A stretch of DNA of 64,000 nucleotides from Cryomorphaceae bacterium BACL11 MAG-121001-bin54 (GCA_905182255.1 CAJJAH010000003.1:28101-92100); one strand, 5' to 3'; counted from the stretch's first letter, positions 10,333-20,825 are shown. The notes: generated from the sequence alone by a model not told the origin. Numbers and translations: made by a program.

Positions 10333-12507
10333 ATGACTTTAAAAAATATTCTTCTTCTTTTCTTTGTTTTCTGCTTTACTTCCTCATTCTCACAAATGAT
10401 TTTGAACAGAGATACAAGTCTTATTATATCTGAGAATGGAATTGCTTTTAGTTCAGCTTTTTCAGGTGGTATTAATGCTGGGCAATTTTCAGAAATTGAT
10501 TTGAATTTAGATGGTACTATGGACATAGTTGTTTTTGATAAATCAGGAAATAAAATAAGCCCTTTTGTTAATGATAACGGAAATTATATATACTCTCCAA
10601 AATACAGAAGTGCTTTTCCTAAAGTACATGACTGGATGCTACTTGCTGATTATAACTGCGATGGTAAAAATGACATTTACACATATTCATCAGCAGGTAT
10701 GGCAATTTACGAAAATACCTCGAGCAATAATTTAAGTTTTAGCTTAGTTACTTCATTAGTTCTATCTAATGCCCCAAACAACCTATACATAAGCCCGGTT
10801 GATATTCCTGCTATTGCCGATATTGATTATGACGGAGATTTGGATGTTCTTTCATTTGGAGTTCTTGGAGGAACTGTTAGCTATCATAAAAATATGGCCA
10901 TTGAGCTAACGGGTAGTTGCGATACCGTTGTTTTTGAATTTTCCGAAAGTTGTTGGGGATTATTTTATGAAGGGTTAAATTCCTACATTTTGAATTGTCC
11001 TAATTGCATATGCCCACAAATTGTTAATCCAACTACAATAAAATCAAAGCAAAAACATGCTGGTTCCACTTTATTAGCTGTTGACATTGATAATGACAAT
11101 GATATGGATTTAGTTTTAGGGGATGTAAGCTATAATAACCTAAACTTATTAATTAATGGAGGGGATAATCAAAATGCACTTATGGTAAGTGTTGATTCAG
11201 TTTTTCCACAGAACCATAGCAATACCATTGCAGCCGACATGCATGTTTATCCTGCAAGTTATTACCTAGATGTTACTAATGATGGCGTTAAGGATTTAAT
11301 TGTAACCACTAATAGTCAGAATAATTCTGAGAACTTTGAAAGCTGTTGGCTTTATGAAAATGGAGGCCAAACTAATAATCCTGATTTTAACTTTGTACAA
11401 ACCAACTTTTTGCAAAGCGATATGATTGATTTAGGAAAATCTTCATTTCCTACTTTTTATGATTACAATAATGATAGTCTTCTAGACTTAGTTGTCGGCA
11501 ATTACGGCTACCATGTCGCCAATAATAACCCTACCTCTTCTTTAGCTCTTTTTAAAAATACAGGCACCAAGAATATTCCTAAATATGAATTGATAGATAG
11601 AGATTGGCAAGATATTTCAAATGTAAATTTGAATACTAACCTAAATATTCCAGCTCTAAACATAAGCCCAACTTTTGGTGATTTAAATGCCGACGGTCAT
11701 AAAGAAATGCTTTTAGGAGATGCTGATGGAAAATTGCATTATTTCAATAACATAGCAGGGAATTTTACTATTGCTGCACCTAACTACTTTAATATTGATG
11801 TAGGGTATTTTTCTCAACCCCAATTAATTGATGTTAACCGTGATGGTTTACTAGATATTATTATTGGTGAGCAAGATGGATCCTTAAACTATTGTCCAAA
11901 TTCAGGAACAGCAACAAATCCAGAATTTGATACTATAATTATAAACTGGGGAGGCATTGATGTGGACACTAATTACATAAGTGCTGGCTACTCAAGTCCT
12001 AAGCTGATTGACAGCAATGGAGTCTATCAACTTTTTGTTGGAAGTTTCACTGGAACAATTTATCAATTTACAAATATTGATGGAAACTTAAACGGACAGT
12101 TTAACCCTATTTATAGCTCTGTGGCTAGTCTTTGGGATGGGGGAAAATGTTCTTTTGATTTTGCTGATATTAACAATGACAATCATCCAGAAATGATACT
12201 AGGAAATATTTCAGGAGGTATTGCTTATTTCAGTAGTGATAGTTTACTAAATGACACAACAACAATACCAGTAAATATTCTAAACAACAAGCAAATAAAA
12301 TTTAGCATTTACCCTAACCCTTCAACAAGTAAATTAACAATTGAAAGTAACGAAATAGGAACTATTAAAATTAAAAATCTTTTAGGAAAAACTATTTACA
12401 AATCAAGAAAGAATAATTACTTACATGAGATTAATACTTCCCATTTTTTAAATGGAATTTATATTCTGCAACTAAACTCAATGAGCAGTAAGATTGTTAT
12501 CCAATAA
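10333..12507 (+). CDS. FG-GAP/VCBS-repeat protein with T9SS type A C-terminal sorting domain
   Basis: 724 aa with a signal peptide. It has repeated D-x-N-x-D-G-x-x-D motifs (DLNLDGTMDIV, DYNCDGKNDIY, DIDYDGDLDVL, DVNRDGLLDII, DINNDNHPEM). The C-terminus (FSIYPNPSTSKLTIE...GIYILQL) is a Por secretion tail. Confidence 0.85.
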   Translation: MTLKNILLLFFVFCFTSSFSQMILNRDTSLIISENGIAFSSAFSGGINAGQFSEIDLNLDGTMDIVVFDKSGNKISPFVNDNGNYIYSPKYRSAFPKVHDWMLLADYNCDGKNDIYTYSSAGMAIYENTSSNNLSFSLVTSLVLSNAPNNLYISPVDIPAIADIDYDGDLDVLSFGVLGGTVSYHKNMAIELTGSCDTVVFEFSESCWGLFYEGLNSYILNCPNCICPQIVNPTTIKSKQKHAGSTLLAVDIDNDNDMDLVLGDVSYNNLNLLINGGDNQNALMVSVDSVFPQNHSNTIAADMHVYPASYYLDVTNDGVKDLIVTTNSQNNSENFESCWLYENGGQTNNPDFNFVQTNFLQSDMIDLGKSSFPTFYDYNNDSLLDLVVGNYGYHVANNNPTSSLALFKNTGTKNIPKYELIDRDWQDISNVNLNTNLNIPALNISPTFGDLNADGHKEMLLGDADGKLHYFNNIAGNFTIAAPNYFNIDVGYFSQPQLIDVNRDGLLDIIIGEQDGSLNYCPNSGTATNPEFDTIIINWGGIDVDTNYISAGYSSPKLIDSNGVYQLFVGSFTGTIYQFTNIDGNLNGQFNPIYSSVASLWDGGKCSFDFADINNDNHPEMILGNISGGIAYFSSDSLLNDTTTIPVNILNNKQIKFSIYPNPSTSKLTIESNEIGTIKIKNLLGKTIYKSRKNNYLHEINTSHFLNGIYILQLNSMSSKIVIQ

Positions 12508-12541
12508 TTATTATTAGTTTTTTCATTGTTAATCTATTGTT

Positions 12542-15500
12542 TTATTGAAGAATTAATTTCTTGTTAACCACACCACTATTAGTTGTGATTTCTAAGAAGT
12601 AAACTCCTTTAGTATAATTAGCTAAATCAATTGCTTTAGTGTACTCACCAACAAACTTCTCTAAGCTTTCATTTATAAGCTCCTCTCCTATTAGATTTAG
12701 CACTCTAACTTCTAAATCTTGAATTTCTTCACTTGTAAAGCTGATGTTAAATACATCTCTTGATGGGTTAGGATAAATAGCTAAGTTAGTAATTGCACTT
12801 CCTCCTTCAAGTCTTACAGAAGTTGGTTGTGTCCAGTATACTAATGGTGACCAAGATAATGAGAAGTAAGCTCCACCATTTGGATCACAGAATGTTCTAG
12901 CTTGAGCTCTATAAGACTCTCCTGCTACTAAACCATTCTTGTTCTTAGTGTAAGTACCATATAGTACTCCAAATCCACCTACTTGGAACCAATCAGATCC
13001 CATTGGATTAGAAATTGAATCTACTCTCATCTTAATTCTTACAAACTCATAAGAACCATTTGAAGCATCCCAGTCAAAAGTAGCCTTAGTTGTACTTGCA
13101 CCATAAACAGTGAAATTACCAACGTTAGGACAATCATCAGCTGTAGTAAATGTATTCCATACAGTCCATGCACTTGATCCACCACCACAATACCAAGCTT
13201 TCATTTGATATTCATAAGTAGTTGCTCCAGTTAAATTATATAACTGCTTATCAGTTCTTTGATTACCATAAGTACAAGATCCTAAGGGAGCACCCATAGT
13301 TTTCTGGATAACTGGAGTAGTACCAACTTCTCTGTATTTAATTCTGTACTGATCAACTACACAAGTAGCAGAATTCATATTATCCCAATTGATAACTGCT
13401 CTACTATGAATAATACCATCAACAAATAAACCTGTTGGGGAGTCTTCAGAGCATACACCAGAAGAAATAATAGTCAAACATGATCCATCATCACAATTAG
13501 CAAATTGATTGTATTCAGCATATAAAGGATCCATGCATCCAGCCCAACCACCACATGACCCATCATCAACATTAGCTAATGGATTATAATTGCAATAGCT
13601 AGGACCTGTGCAACCATAAACATCCACAATACAAGAACCATCATCTACAGTTGCAGTAACATCATAATTATTAGCAGCAGGATCGGTACAACCATAAATT
13701 ATTGAAGCTATACAAACAGCCTCAACCTCAATATCATAATAAAAATAGTAGTAACCAGGTGCACCTGCACTTGAAGCAGTAATATTTAATAGCCCACCAA
13801 TATCATAAGGGTAACTTACCCCTCCATTATTTCTATATAAGCCTGAATTTACACTAGCTATACCAAGTTGATAATCATTCCCAACAGGAACATCAAAATC
13901 AAAATAAAGTCTTTGACCTCCTAATACGACGTTAATAGTAGTATCATCTATAACAATAGAATTATTGTCTCTTAGTTCAAAAGTAATATTATTAACTACA
14001 GATGCATAAACAACAGCTGAAACAATCTTAGATGGCACATATGAATCAAATATTAGATGCTGAACATTATTAAAATAAGCTCCAGTTCCAATATTAGGAT
14101 CTAAAATACCACCAAAAGCAATACTTGTGTTCGCTAATGGATCATAGTTTGTAGCGTTTGAATTCATACAACCAACAACTGATGTAGTACAACTACCAAT
14201 TGATGAAGTAGTTTCTGAAGAAGCATAAGATCCTCCACTGGCAACTAGAGAACCGTTATATGTAACATTATAAGATCCATTTCCAAAACTACAACACATA
14301 CCATCTCCATAAACATCAGAAATTATAAAATCGTAACATTCAGACAAAGTAGAACAAAAACTCCAAGTATATGTAGTATTAGCGCTAGTTAAATCACCTG
14401 CAGTAATACTTTGTACAACAGTACCATTTTGATTAAGCAATTGCCAAGAAGTTTCATATGGGTAATTATCAGTAGATATTGTTATTACTAATTGATTTCC
14501 ATAGCAACATGATCCATCATCAGTATTTGCTAAAGAATCATAATTTGTAGCTGAAGGATCTATACAGCCATTTACTGGAAAAATACATGAACCATCATCA
14601 TAACAAGCATTTGAATTATAATTACTTGCTGATGGATCAGTACAACCAGCAACAGTACAACAAGAACCATCATCAATCGTCGCACTTGGATCATAATTAT
14701 ATGCTGAAGCATCGGTACAACCATAAAATGCACATGAAGTCAAACAACCAGCTCCATTAATTCCAGGAGTTAAAGCATTACTAATAATTATAGGATGAAA
14801 ATCTATTAGACTACCCGAGGAAGTAGTATGACAATAACTCATTAATGTACCAACTTGTGCTGCAGGGTTATTTGAACAACTACCCTCTACATCTGTACAA
14901 TTATCAATAGGACCTCCTGGCCAACCACACCAATGTGTATGATTAGAACCTATGTTATGACCAATCTCATGAGTACAAACCATTAAATTCCAAGTATATG
15001 AAGGGTTTGGAAAATTAAAGTTAGTTGTATTATTAAGCCCTGCACTAAATCCATATCCCCATGAATTATTACATAAAACATCAAGGTAAGCAATACCGCC
15101 AGTACCAGTATTAGATCTTTTGGTTAACAAGTGAACTAAATCTCTACTAATTGAGCTATTATTTGATATCCAATGATTTTTTAAAGCATCAAGCATATTA
15201 CTAGCATCATTTACATAAGAATCGTAAGGATCTATAGTTTCCCAAATAATTGTTGTTCCAATTGATATATTAAGATTTACTTCACTAAAATATACCTGAC
15301 TAACTCCAGCAAGTATTGCATGCGCCCAATTTGTGGTTGATACATTGGACGAAAAAGTATTACGAGTATATTGATCTATCTCAATTGCCAACTCCAAACA
15401 TTTTGGATTCATAACAGATGATTCAGAAAAATCTTCTTCAATATTTATTTGCTCAATTTTCTCTTCAACTTTACATGAAAATGTACTCTCAACCAAACAA

Positions 15501-15964
15501 TCGTTAATGTCAAATAATAAAAATTCATTATCTATTTTATTTAATTCAAACTGTCTGTTATTGTACTTGTAACTAATTACAACAGAATTATCAAAATATA
15601 AAAATGTTCCAATTGACTTTCCTTCATGTAAAATATAATAGGACTTGAAATTAGCAGTATAATCTTCTGCAATCTTTCCATTAGCTGATTCAATTATTAA
15701 ATTGTGTTCTGGACTTATAACCGAAAACTGACTCATATTAACATCTAAAAAACTTTCATCAATAAGAGGTATTTTAAAGAATAAATTATTTGTATTATCT
15801 GATATTATCTGATCTAACAAAACTCTATTCACATCAAGAGCCTTTGTGTTTTCTGCACTTTTAGTTACAATATTCTCAGCAATCATGTAACTAAAAACAT
15901 TCTCTTGTGCTGAAATCTGTAACACAGCAAGAGTAATAAAAAATATAACTATTATTTTTTTCAT
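12542..15964 (-). CDS. secreted zinc metalloprotease (metzincin, reprolysin-like) with Cys-rich repeats, FN3-like region and T9SS type A C-terminal domain
   Basis: 1140 aa with a signal peptide. HEIGHNIGSNH (HExxHxxGxxH) is encoded near 14941-14975. There are seven copies of the GCxDPxAxNYDxxAxxDDGSC module. The C-terminus (LAIYPNPSRDVFNISF...GVYFLEI) is a sorting domain. Confidence 0.85.
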   Translation of the reverse strand: MKKIIVIFFITLAVLQISAQENVFSYMIAENIVTKSAENTKALDVNRVLLDQIISDNTNNLFFKIPLIDESFLDVNMSQFSVISPEHNLIIESANGKIAEDYTANFKSYYILHEGKSIGTFLYFDNSVVISYKYNNRQFELNKIDNEFLLFDINDCLVESTFSCKVEEKIEQINIEEDFSESSVMNPKCLELAIEIDQYTRNTFSSNVSTTNWAHAILAGVSQVYFSEVNLNISIGTTIIWETIDPYDSYVNDASNMLDALKNHWISNNSSISRDLVHLLTKRSNTGTGGIAYLDVLCNNSWGYGFSAGLNNTTNFNFPNPSYTWNLMVCTHEIGHNIGSNHTHWCGWPGGPIDNCTDVEGSCSNNPAAQVGTLMSYCHTTSSGSLIDFHPIIISNALTPGINGAGCLTSCAFYGCTDASAYNYDPSATIDDGSCCTVAGCTDPSASNYNSNACYDDGSCIFPVNGCIDPSATNYDSLANTDDGSCCYGNQLVITISTDNYPYETSWQLLNQNGTVVQSITAGDLTSANTTYTWSFCSTLSECYDFIISDVYGDGMCCSFGNGSYNVTYNGSLVASGGSYASSETTSSIGSCTTSVVGCMNSNATNYDPLANTSIAFGGILDPNIGTGAYFNNVQHLIFDSYVPSKIVSAVVYASVVNNITFELRDNNSIVIDDTTINVVLGGQRLYFDFDVPVGNDYQLGIASVNSGLYRNNGGVSYPYDIGGLLNITASSAGAPGYYYFYYDIEVEAVCIASIIYGCTDPAANNYDVTATVDDGSCIVDVYGCTGPSYCNYNPLANVDDGSCGGWAGCMDPLYAEYNQFANCDDGSCLTIISSGVCSEDSPTGLFVDGIIHSRAVINWDNMNSATCVVDQYRIKYREVGTTPVIQKTMGAPLGSCTYGNQRTDKQLYNLTGATTYEYQMKAWYCGGGSSAWTVWNTFTTADDCPNVGNFTVYGASTTKATFDWDASNGSYEFVRIKMRVDSISNPMGSDWFQVGGFGVLYGTYTKNKNGLVAGESYRAQARTFCDPNGGAYFSLSWSPLVYWTQPTSVRLEGGSAITNLAIYPNPSRDVFNISFTSEEIQDLEVRVLNLIGEELINESLEKFVGEYTKAIDLANYTKGVYFLEITTNSGVVNKKLILQ
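13478..14725 (-). repeat. coding repeats: seven ~21-residue two-cysteine modules, in clusters at 14507-14725 (3 copies), 14123-14176 (1 copy) and 13478-13696 (3 copies)
   Basis: Read from the translation: YGCTDASAYNYDPSATIDDGSC, AGCTDPSASNYNSNACYDDGSC, NGCIDPSATNYDSLANTDDGSC, VGCMNSNATNYDPLANTS, YGCTDPAANNYDVTATVDDGSC, YGCTGPSYCNYNPLANVDDGSC, AGCMDPLYAEYNQFANCDDGSC. Confidence 0.8.
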
Positions 15965-16111
15965 GTATAATTTTTTAATGTTTGTAAAAATAAGTAATTT
16001 ATTTTGAGTGAGCAGAGGCTAAATATTAATTACCTCTTTTTCGTTTTTCAAAAGTTATAAATTTATATTAATCATGCCCAAAGCTTCATATTAAAATCTA
16101 GATACTTGTAA

Positions 16112-16141
16112 TTGACAACTAATTACTAATTACTATCTTTG
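16112..16141 (+). promoter_or_regulatory. canonical Bacteroidetes sigma-A promoter (TTG-N19-TAtcTTTG) for dapD and downstream genes
   Basis: TTG at 16112-16114, exactly 19 nt of spacer, then TATCTTTG at 16134-16141. The dapD ATG is only 4 nt further on (16146). Confidence 0.5.
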
Positions 16142-16145
16142 CCTT

Positions 16146-16961
16146 ATGAAACAATGGAAAGAAATTATTGAAGCAGCTTGGGGAAACCGGGAATTGTTAA
16201 AAGAGAATACAACTCAAGACTGTATTCGTACTATTATTGAAGAAATTGATAAAGGACGTTTGCGTACTGCCGAACCTTACAAAGATAGCTGGAAAGTTAA
16301 TGATTGGGTGAAAAAAGCCGTAATTCTTTACTTTCCTATTCAAAAAATGGAAACTATAGAAATTGGCCCGCTAGAGTTTCATGATAAAATGAAACTTAAA
16401 AATGGTTATGCCAAGCTTGGTGTTCGTGTTGTTCCTCATGCAGTAGCTCGCTATGGTGCCTTTTTAGCACCTGGAGTTATTATGATGCCCTCTTACGTAA
16501 ATATTGGCGCATATGTAGATAGCGGTACTATGGTGGATACTTGGGCAACTGTAGGTTCTTGTGCTCAAATTGGTAAAAATGTACACCTTTCTGGCGGAGT
16601 TGGTATTGGTGGCGTACTTGAACCTATACAAGCAGCTCCCGTTATTATTGAAGATGATGCTTTTATAGGTTCGCGATCAATAGTAGTTGAGGGAGTAAGA
16701 ATTGAAAAAGAAGTAGTACTTGGGGCTAATGTCGTACTTACCTCCTCCACCAAAATTATTGATGTTAGTGGAGAAACGCCTATAGAATACAAAGGAGTTG
16801 TCCCTAGCCGATCAGTAGTAATTCCTGGCACTTATAACAAAGAATTTCCTGCCGGAAATTATGGCGTACCTTGTGCTCTTATTATTGGCAAGAGGAAGGA
16901 AAGCACAAACAAAAAAACATCATTGAATGATGCACTTAGAGAATATAATGTAGCAGTATAA
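16146..16961 (+). CDS. dapD: 2,3,4,5-tetrahydropyridine-2,6-dicarboxylate N-succinyltransferase
   Basis: 271 aa with hexapeptide-repeat left-handed beta-helix and the DapD pattern (PSYVNIGAYVDSGTMVDTWATVGSCAQIG). Confidence 0.9.
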   Translation: MKQWKEIIEAAWGNRELLKENTTQDCIRTIIEEIDKGRLRTAEPYKDSWKVNDWVKKAVILYFPIQKMETIEIGPLEFHDKMKLKNGYAKLGVRVVPHAVARYGAFLAPGVIMMPSYVNIGAYVDSGTMVDTWATVGSCAQIGKNVHLSGGVGIGGVLEPIQAAPVIIEDDAFIGSRSIVVEGVRIEKEVVLGANVVLTSSTKIIDVSGETPIEYKGVVPSRSVVIPGTYNKEFPAGNYGVPCALIIGKRKESTNKKTSLNDALREYNVAV

Positions 16962-18082
16962 TGAGAATAGGATTTGATGCAAAAAGAGCTTTTTCAAACA
17001 ATACTGGTCTAGGTAATTATTCCCGTGATGCCATTCGTGTACTTTCTAGTTTTTATATGGACAATAAATATTTTCTTTACACTCCAAAAGCAAAAGAAAA
17101 TAGTCGATTAACATTTTTAAATGACAGGACTAACACATTTGTACGTATTCCACAATCTTTACTTAATAAAGCTTTAAAGTCATACTGGAGAAGCAAAAGT
17201 ATTGTCCGTGATTTATTCACTAATAAAATAGATATCTATCATGGTTTAAGCCATGAACTCCCCATAGGGATTGAAAAAACAAACATCAAAACAGTAGTCA
17301 CCATTCATGATTTGATTTTTATTCGCTATCCCCATTTATTCCGAACAATAGATAGGAAAATTTATTACACAAAATTCAAATCAGCCTGCCAAAGAGCTGA
17401 TAAAATAATTGCCATTAGCCAACAAACAAAACAAGACATCATTGATTTCTTTTATATTCCTAAAGAAAGAATTGAAGTAGTTTATCAAGGATGTAATTCT
17501 ATTTTTCATCATCCAATTTCTGACAATACAAAACAAGCAGTACAAGAAAGATATAATATACCAAAGGATTACCTTCTTAGTGTTGGTAGTATTGAAGAGC
17601 GAAAAAACTTACTTACTATTTTAAAAGTCTTAAAAGAACTTCCTGATCAAAAACTAGTTGTAATCGGAAGTGGAAAAGCTTACAAAATAAAGTGTTTAAG
17701 ATTTATATCAGAAAACAAACTTTCAAATAGAGTGCTATTTTTATCTGGATTAAACTTATCAGAAATGGCCGCAATTTATCAACACGCACAAATTCTTATT
17801 TACCCTTCTATTTTTGAGGGATTTGGCATTCCTATTTTAGAAGCTTTATTTTCCAAAACTCCAGTTATCACTTCTAAAGAAGGTTGCTTTGCTGAAGCAG
17901 GAGGTAATTTTTCAAAATACATCAATCCACTTTCAGTAGAGCAAATGAAAGAAGCTATTCTTGAAATCCTAAACTCAAACGGATTAAAAGAAAAAATGAA
18001 AACAAAAGGATTAGAACATGCACAAAATTTTACTGACGATAAAATAGCGGAAAACTTAATGAAGGTATATACCTCCTTATAA
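16961..18082 (+). CDS. glycosyltransferase family 4 (GT-B, GT1-like)
   Basis: 373 aa with C-terminal EGFGIPILEA, the signature of the GT1/GT4 sugar-donor domain. Shares 1 nt with the dapD stop. Confidence 0.85.
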   Translation: MRIGFDAKRAFSNNTGLGNYSRDAIRVLSSFYMDNKYFLYTPKAKENSRLTFLNDRTNTFVRIPQSLLNKALKSYWRSKSIVRDLFTNKIDIYHGLSHELPIGIEKTNIKTVVTIHDLIFIRYPHLFRTIDRKIYYTKFKSACQRADKIIAISQQTKQDIIDFFYIPKERIEVVYQGCNSIFHHPISDNTKQAVQERYNIPKDYLLSVGSIEERKNLLTILKVLKELPDQKLVVIGSGKAYKIKCLRFISENKLSNRVLFLSGLNLSEMAAIYQHAQILIYPSIFEGFGIPILEALFSKTPVITSKEGCFAEAGGNFSKYINPLSVEQMKEAILEILNSNGLKEKMKTKGLEHAQNFTDDKIAENLMKVYTSL

Positions 18083-18083
18083 G

Positions 18084-18872
18084 ATGAAAACTAGCTTAGT
18101 AATTACTACTTATAATTGGCCAGAAGCTTTAGAACTAGTATTGTTAAGCCTACTAAAACAAAGTGTTTTACCGTATGAAATACTTATTGCTGATGATGGC
18201 TCCACGAAAAACACTAAACAATTAATTAAAAGCTATTCAAGTAAGTTCGAATCAGGAATAAATCATATTTGGCAAAAGGATGACGGATTTCAAAAAACAA
18301 GTATTCTAAACAAGTCAATTGCTAAAGCCAATGGTGATTATATAATTCAAATTGATGGGGATATAATCATTCATACTCATTTTATAAAGGATCATGTTAA
18401 AAAAGCTAAAAAAGGTTTTTTCATACATGGTAGCAGAACTTTTTTAAATGATTCCTCCTCCCAAAAAGCAATAAGAAATTTAATAATTAATTTTTCAATA
18501 TTTAGTCCTGGAATTACAAATCGATTTAACAGTTTACATTCTTTATTTTTATCTAAATTTTTAAGTAATAAAAATAAAAATCTTAAAGGAACAAGAGGCT
18601 GTAACTTTTCTTTCTGGAAACAAGATTTCATTAAAGTAAATGGCTACAATGAGGATATGATTGGATGGGGAAAAGAAGATACAGAGCTTTCATGTAGGTT
18701 AATAAATAGTGGCTTACAAAAAATAAAACTAAAATGCTTAGCAGTATGCTATCATTTACATCATAAAATATCATCCAAGAAAGGATTAAACATTAACAAT
18801 TCTATCTTAACTCTAGTTATTAAAGAAAAAAGAGAGATTTGCATTAATGGAATTAATAAATATGCAAACTGA
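18084..18872 (+). CDS. glycosyltransferase family 2
   Basis: 262 aa with N-terminal SLVITTYNWPEALELVLLSL...ILIADDGS and a DGD motif, consistent with the GT-A fold. Confidence 0.85.
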   Translation: MKTSLVITTYNWPEALELVLLSLLKQSVLPYEILIADDGSTKNTKQLIKSYSSKFESGINHIWQKDDGFQKTSILNKSIAKANGDYIIQIDGDIIIHTHFIKDHVKKAKKGFFIHGSRTFLNDSSSQKAIRNLIINFSIFSPGITNRFNSLHSLFLSKFLSNKNKNLKGTRGCNFSFWKQDFIKVNGYNEDMIGWGKEDTELSCRLINSGLQKIKLKCLAVCYHLHHKISSKKGLNINNSILTLVIKEKREICINGINKYAN

Positions 18873-19404
18873 AATAAATAAAGCTTTAGATACATTAAAA
18901 CAGGGAGGGATAATCTTATACCCTACAGACACTATTTGGGGAATTGGATGTGATGCAACAAATACTGATGCAATAGCAAAAATATTTAAAATTAAAAACA
19001 GAAAAGATAGCAAAGCTCTTATTTCTTTAGTAGCAAATAAACAACAACTTAAAGCTATTACTGAAAATATCCCTAATTTAGATATTACATCTAGTCCGAC
19101 AACTATTATTTACCCTAATGTAAAAGGATTATGCCAAAATATTTTATCAGAAAATGGTTCAGCAGCAATACGTATTGTTAAAGATAAGTTTTGTCAAAAA
19201 CTTATTCTATCATTTGGAAAGGCAATCGTTTCCACTTCAGCAAATATTAGTGGAGAAATGACCCCCAAACAATTTTCAGAAATTTCAAAAGAAATAAAAA
19301 ACAATGTTGATTATATCGTAAATTTGCACCAAAATAAACTGATGGCTATTCCTTCATCTATCCTCATGATAAATAAAGACACTAGCATTACAAAAATTAG
19401 ATAG
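18862..19404 (+). CDS. tsaC: L-threonylcarbamoyladenylate synthase (TsaC/YrdC family)
   Basis: ILYPTDTIWGIGCDATN...STSANISGE is the YrdC domain. An alternative start at 18847 is possible. Overlaps the GT2 stop. Confidence 0.85.
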   Translation: MQTEINKALDTLKQGGIILYPTDTIWGIGCDATNTDAIAKIFKIKNRKDSKALISLVANKQQLKAITENIPNLDITSSPTTIIYPNVKGLCQNILSENGSAAIRIVKDKFCQKLILSFGKAIVSTSANISGEMTPKQFSEISKEIKNNVDYIVNLHQNKLMAIPSSILMINKDTSITKIR

Positions 19405-20825
19405 TGAATTACTCCTCTGCATTAAATAACCCAATTTTTAAAACCATACAACTCGCAAGTGATGAGCTAAGTTACCCTACTTATGTAGTCGGAGGTTGGG
19501 TACGTGATCTGCTGCAAAATAGAAAGCAAGAAAAAACAGATATTGATTTTGTTTGCATTGGAAGTGGGATAAAACTAGCAGAAAAAGTTAGTTTGATATT
19601 AGGTGAAAAAGCCACATTTAAAGTATTCAAAAACTTTGGAACAGCAATGATCCACTATAAAGGAGAAGATTATGAATTTGTAGGTGCTCGAAAAGAATCA
19701 TATCGATCGGATTCCAGAAAACCAATCGTTGAAAATGGCAACTTGGCTGATGACCAGAACAGAAGGGATTTTACCATTAATGCAATGGCAATCCAGCTTA
19801 ATTCAAATGATTATGGTACACTAATTGACCCATTTAATGGAAAAGAAGATTTGAAGAATGGAATAATTCGTACTCCATTAAATCCTGATATAACCTATTC
19901 GGATGACCCATTAAGAATGATGCGAGCGGTTCGCTTTGCTTGTCAATTAAATTTTATGATAGAAGAACAATCATTAAAATCAATTACAGATAATGCTGAA
20001 CGATTAAGCATAATATCTCAAGAAAGAATTACTGAAGAACTTAATAAAATTATATTATCAAGCACTCCGTCAAAAGGTTTTAAAATTTTATTCAACACTC
20101 AATTGTTACATCAATTTTTTCCATTAATGTGTAAGCTCCAAGGTGTAGAATTAATAGGTAAATATGGGCACAAAGATAATTTTTATCATACCCTTCAAGT
20201 GCTAGATAACATTAGTAATAATACCAATAACCTTTGGTTAAGATGGGCAGCAATACTACATGACATTGCAAAACCTCAAACAAAAAAATTTGAAGAAGGA
20301 CATGGATGGACTTTCCATGCACATGAATATTTTGGAGGAAAATTGGTTCCAAAAATTTTTAGAGAATTAAAGTTACCACTTAACGAAAAAATGAAGTATG
20401 TACAAAAACTAGTAACTCTTCATTTACGACCTATTATCTTAGCAAAAGATATTGTTACTGATTCTGCTATAAGGCGCTTACTTTTTGATGCAGCAGATGA
20501 TATAGATGATTTGATGATACTATGTGATGCGGATATTACTTCAAAAAATAAAAAGAAAGTACAAAAATATCTTAAAAACTTTAAGTTAGTAAGAAGAAAG
20601 CTAAAAGAAGTAGAGGAAAAAGATCAAATACGGAACTTTCAACCTCCTATTGATGGCAAGGAAATAATGGATTTATTTTCTATTAAAGCAGGAAGAGAAA
20701 TTGGAATCTTAAAAAATGCAATAAAAGATGCAATCCTTGATGGAACAGTTAAAAATGATAAAGAAGAGGCAATAGCATTCATAATAAAAAAAGCAAAAGA
20801 ATTAAATTTACAACCAATAAAATGA
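19404..20825 (+). CDS. cca: CCA-adding enzyme-like tRNA nucleotidyltransferase with C-terminal HD domain
   Basis: 473 aa with a GTG start sharing 1 nt with the tsaC stop. Pol-beta-type head (VGGWVRD...DIDF...RRDFTINA) and HD region (ILHDIAKP). Confidence 0.8.
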   Translation: MNYSSALNNPIFKTIQLASDELSYPTYVVGGWVRDLLQNRKQEKTDIDFVCIGSGIKLAEKVSLILGEKATFKVFKNFGTAMIHYKGEDYEFVGARKESYRSDSRKPIVENGNLADDQNRRDFTINAMAIQLNSNDYGTLIDPFNGKEDLKNGIIRTPLNPDITYSDDPLRMMRAVRFACQLNFMIEEQSLKSITDNAERLSIISQERITEELNKIILSSTPSKGFKILFNTQLLHQFFPLMCKLQGVELIGKYGHKDNFYHTLQVLDNISNNTNNLWLRWAAILHDIAKPQTKKFEEGHGWTFHAHEYFGGKLVPKIFRELKLPLNEKMKYVQKLVTLHLRPIILAKDIVTDSAIRRLLFDAADDIDDLMILCDADITSKNKKKVQKYLKNFKLVRRKLKEVEEKDQIRNFQPPIDGKEIMDLFSIKAGREIGILKNAIKDAILDGTVKNDKEEAIAFIIKKAKELNLQPIK

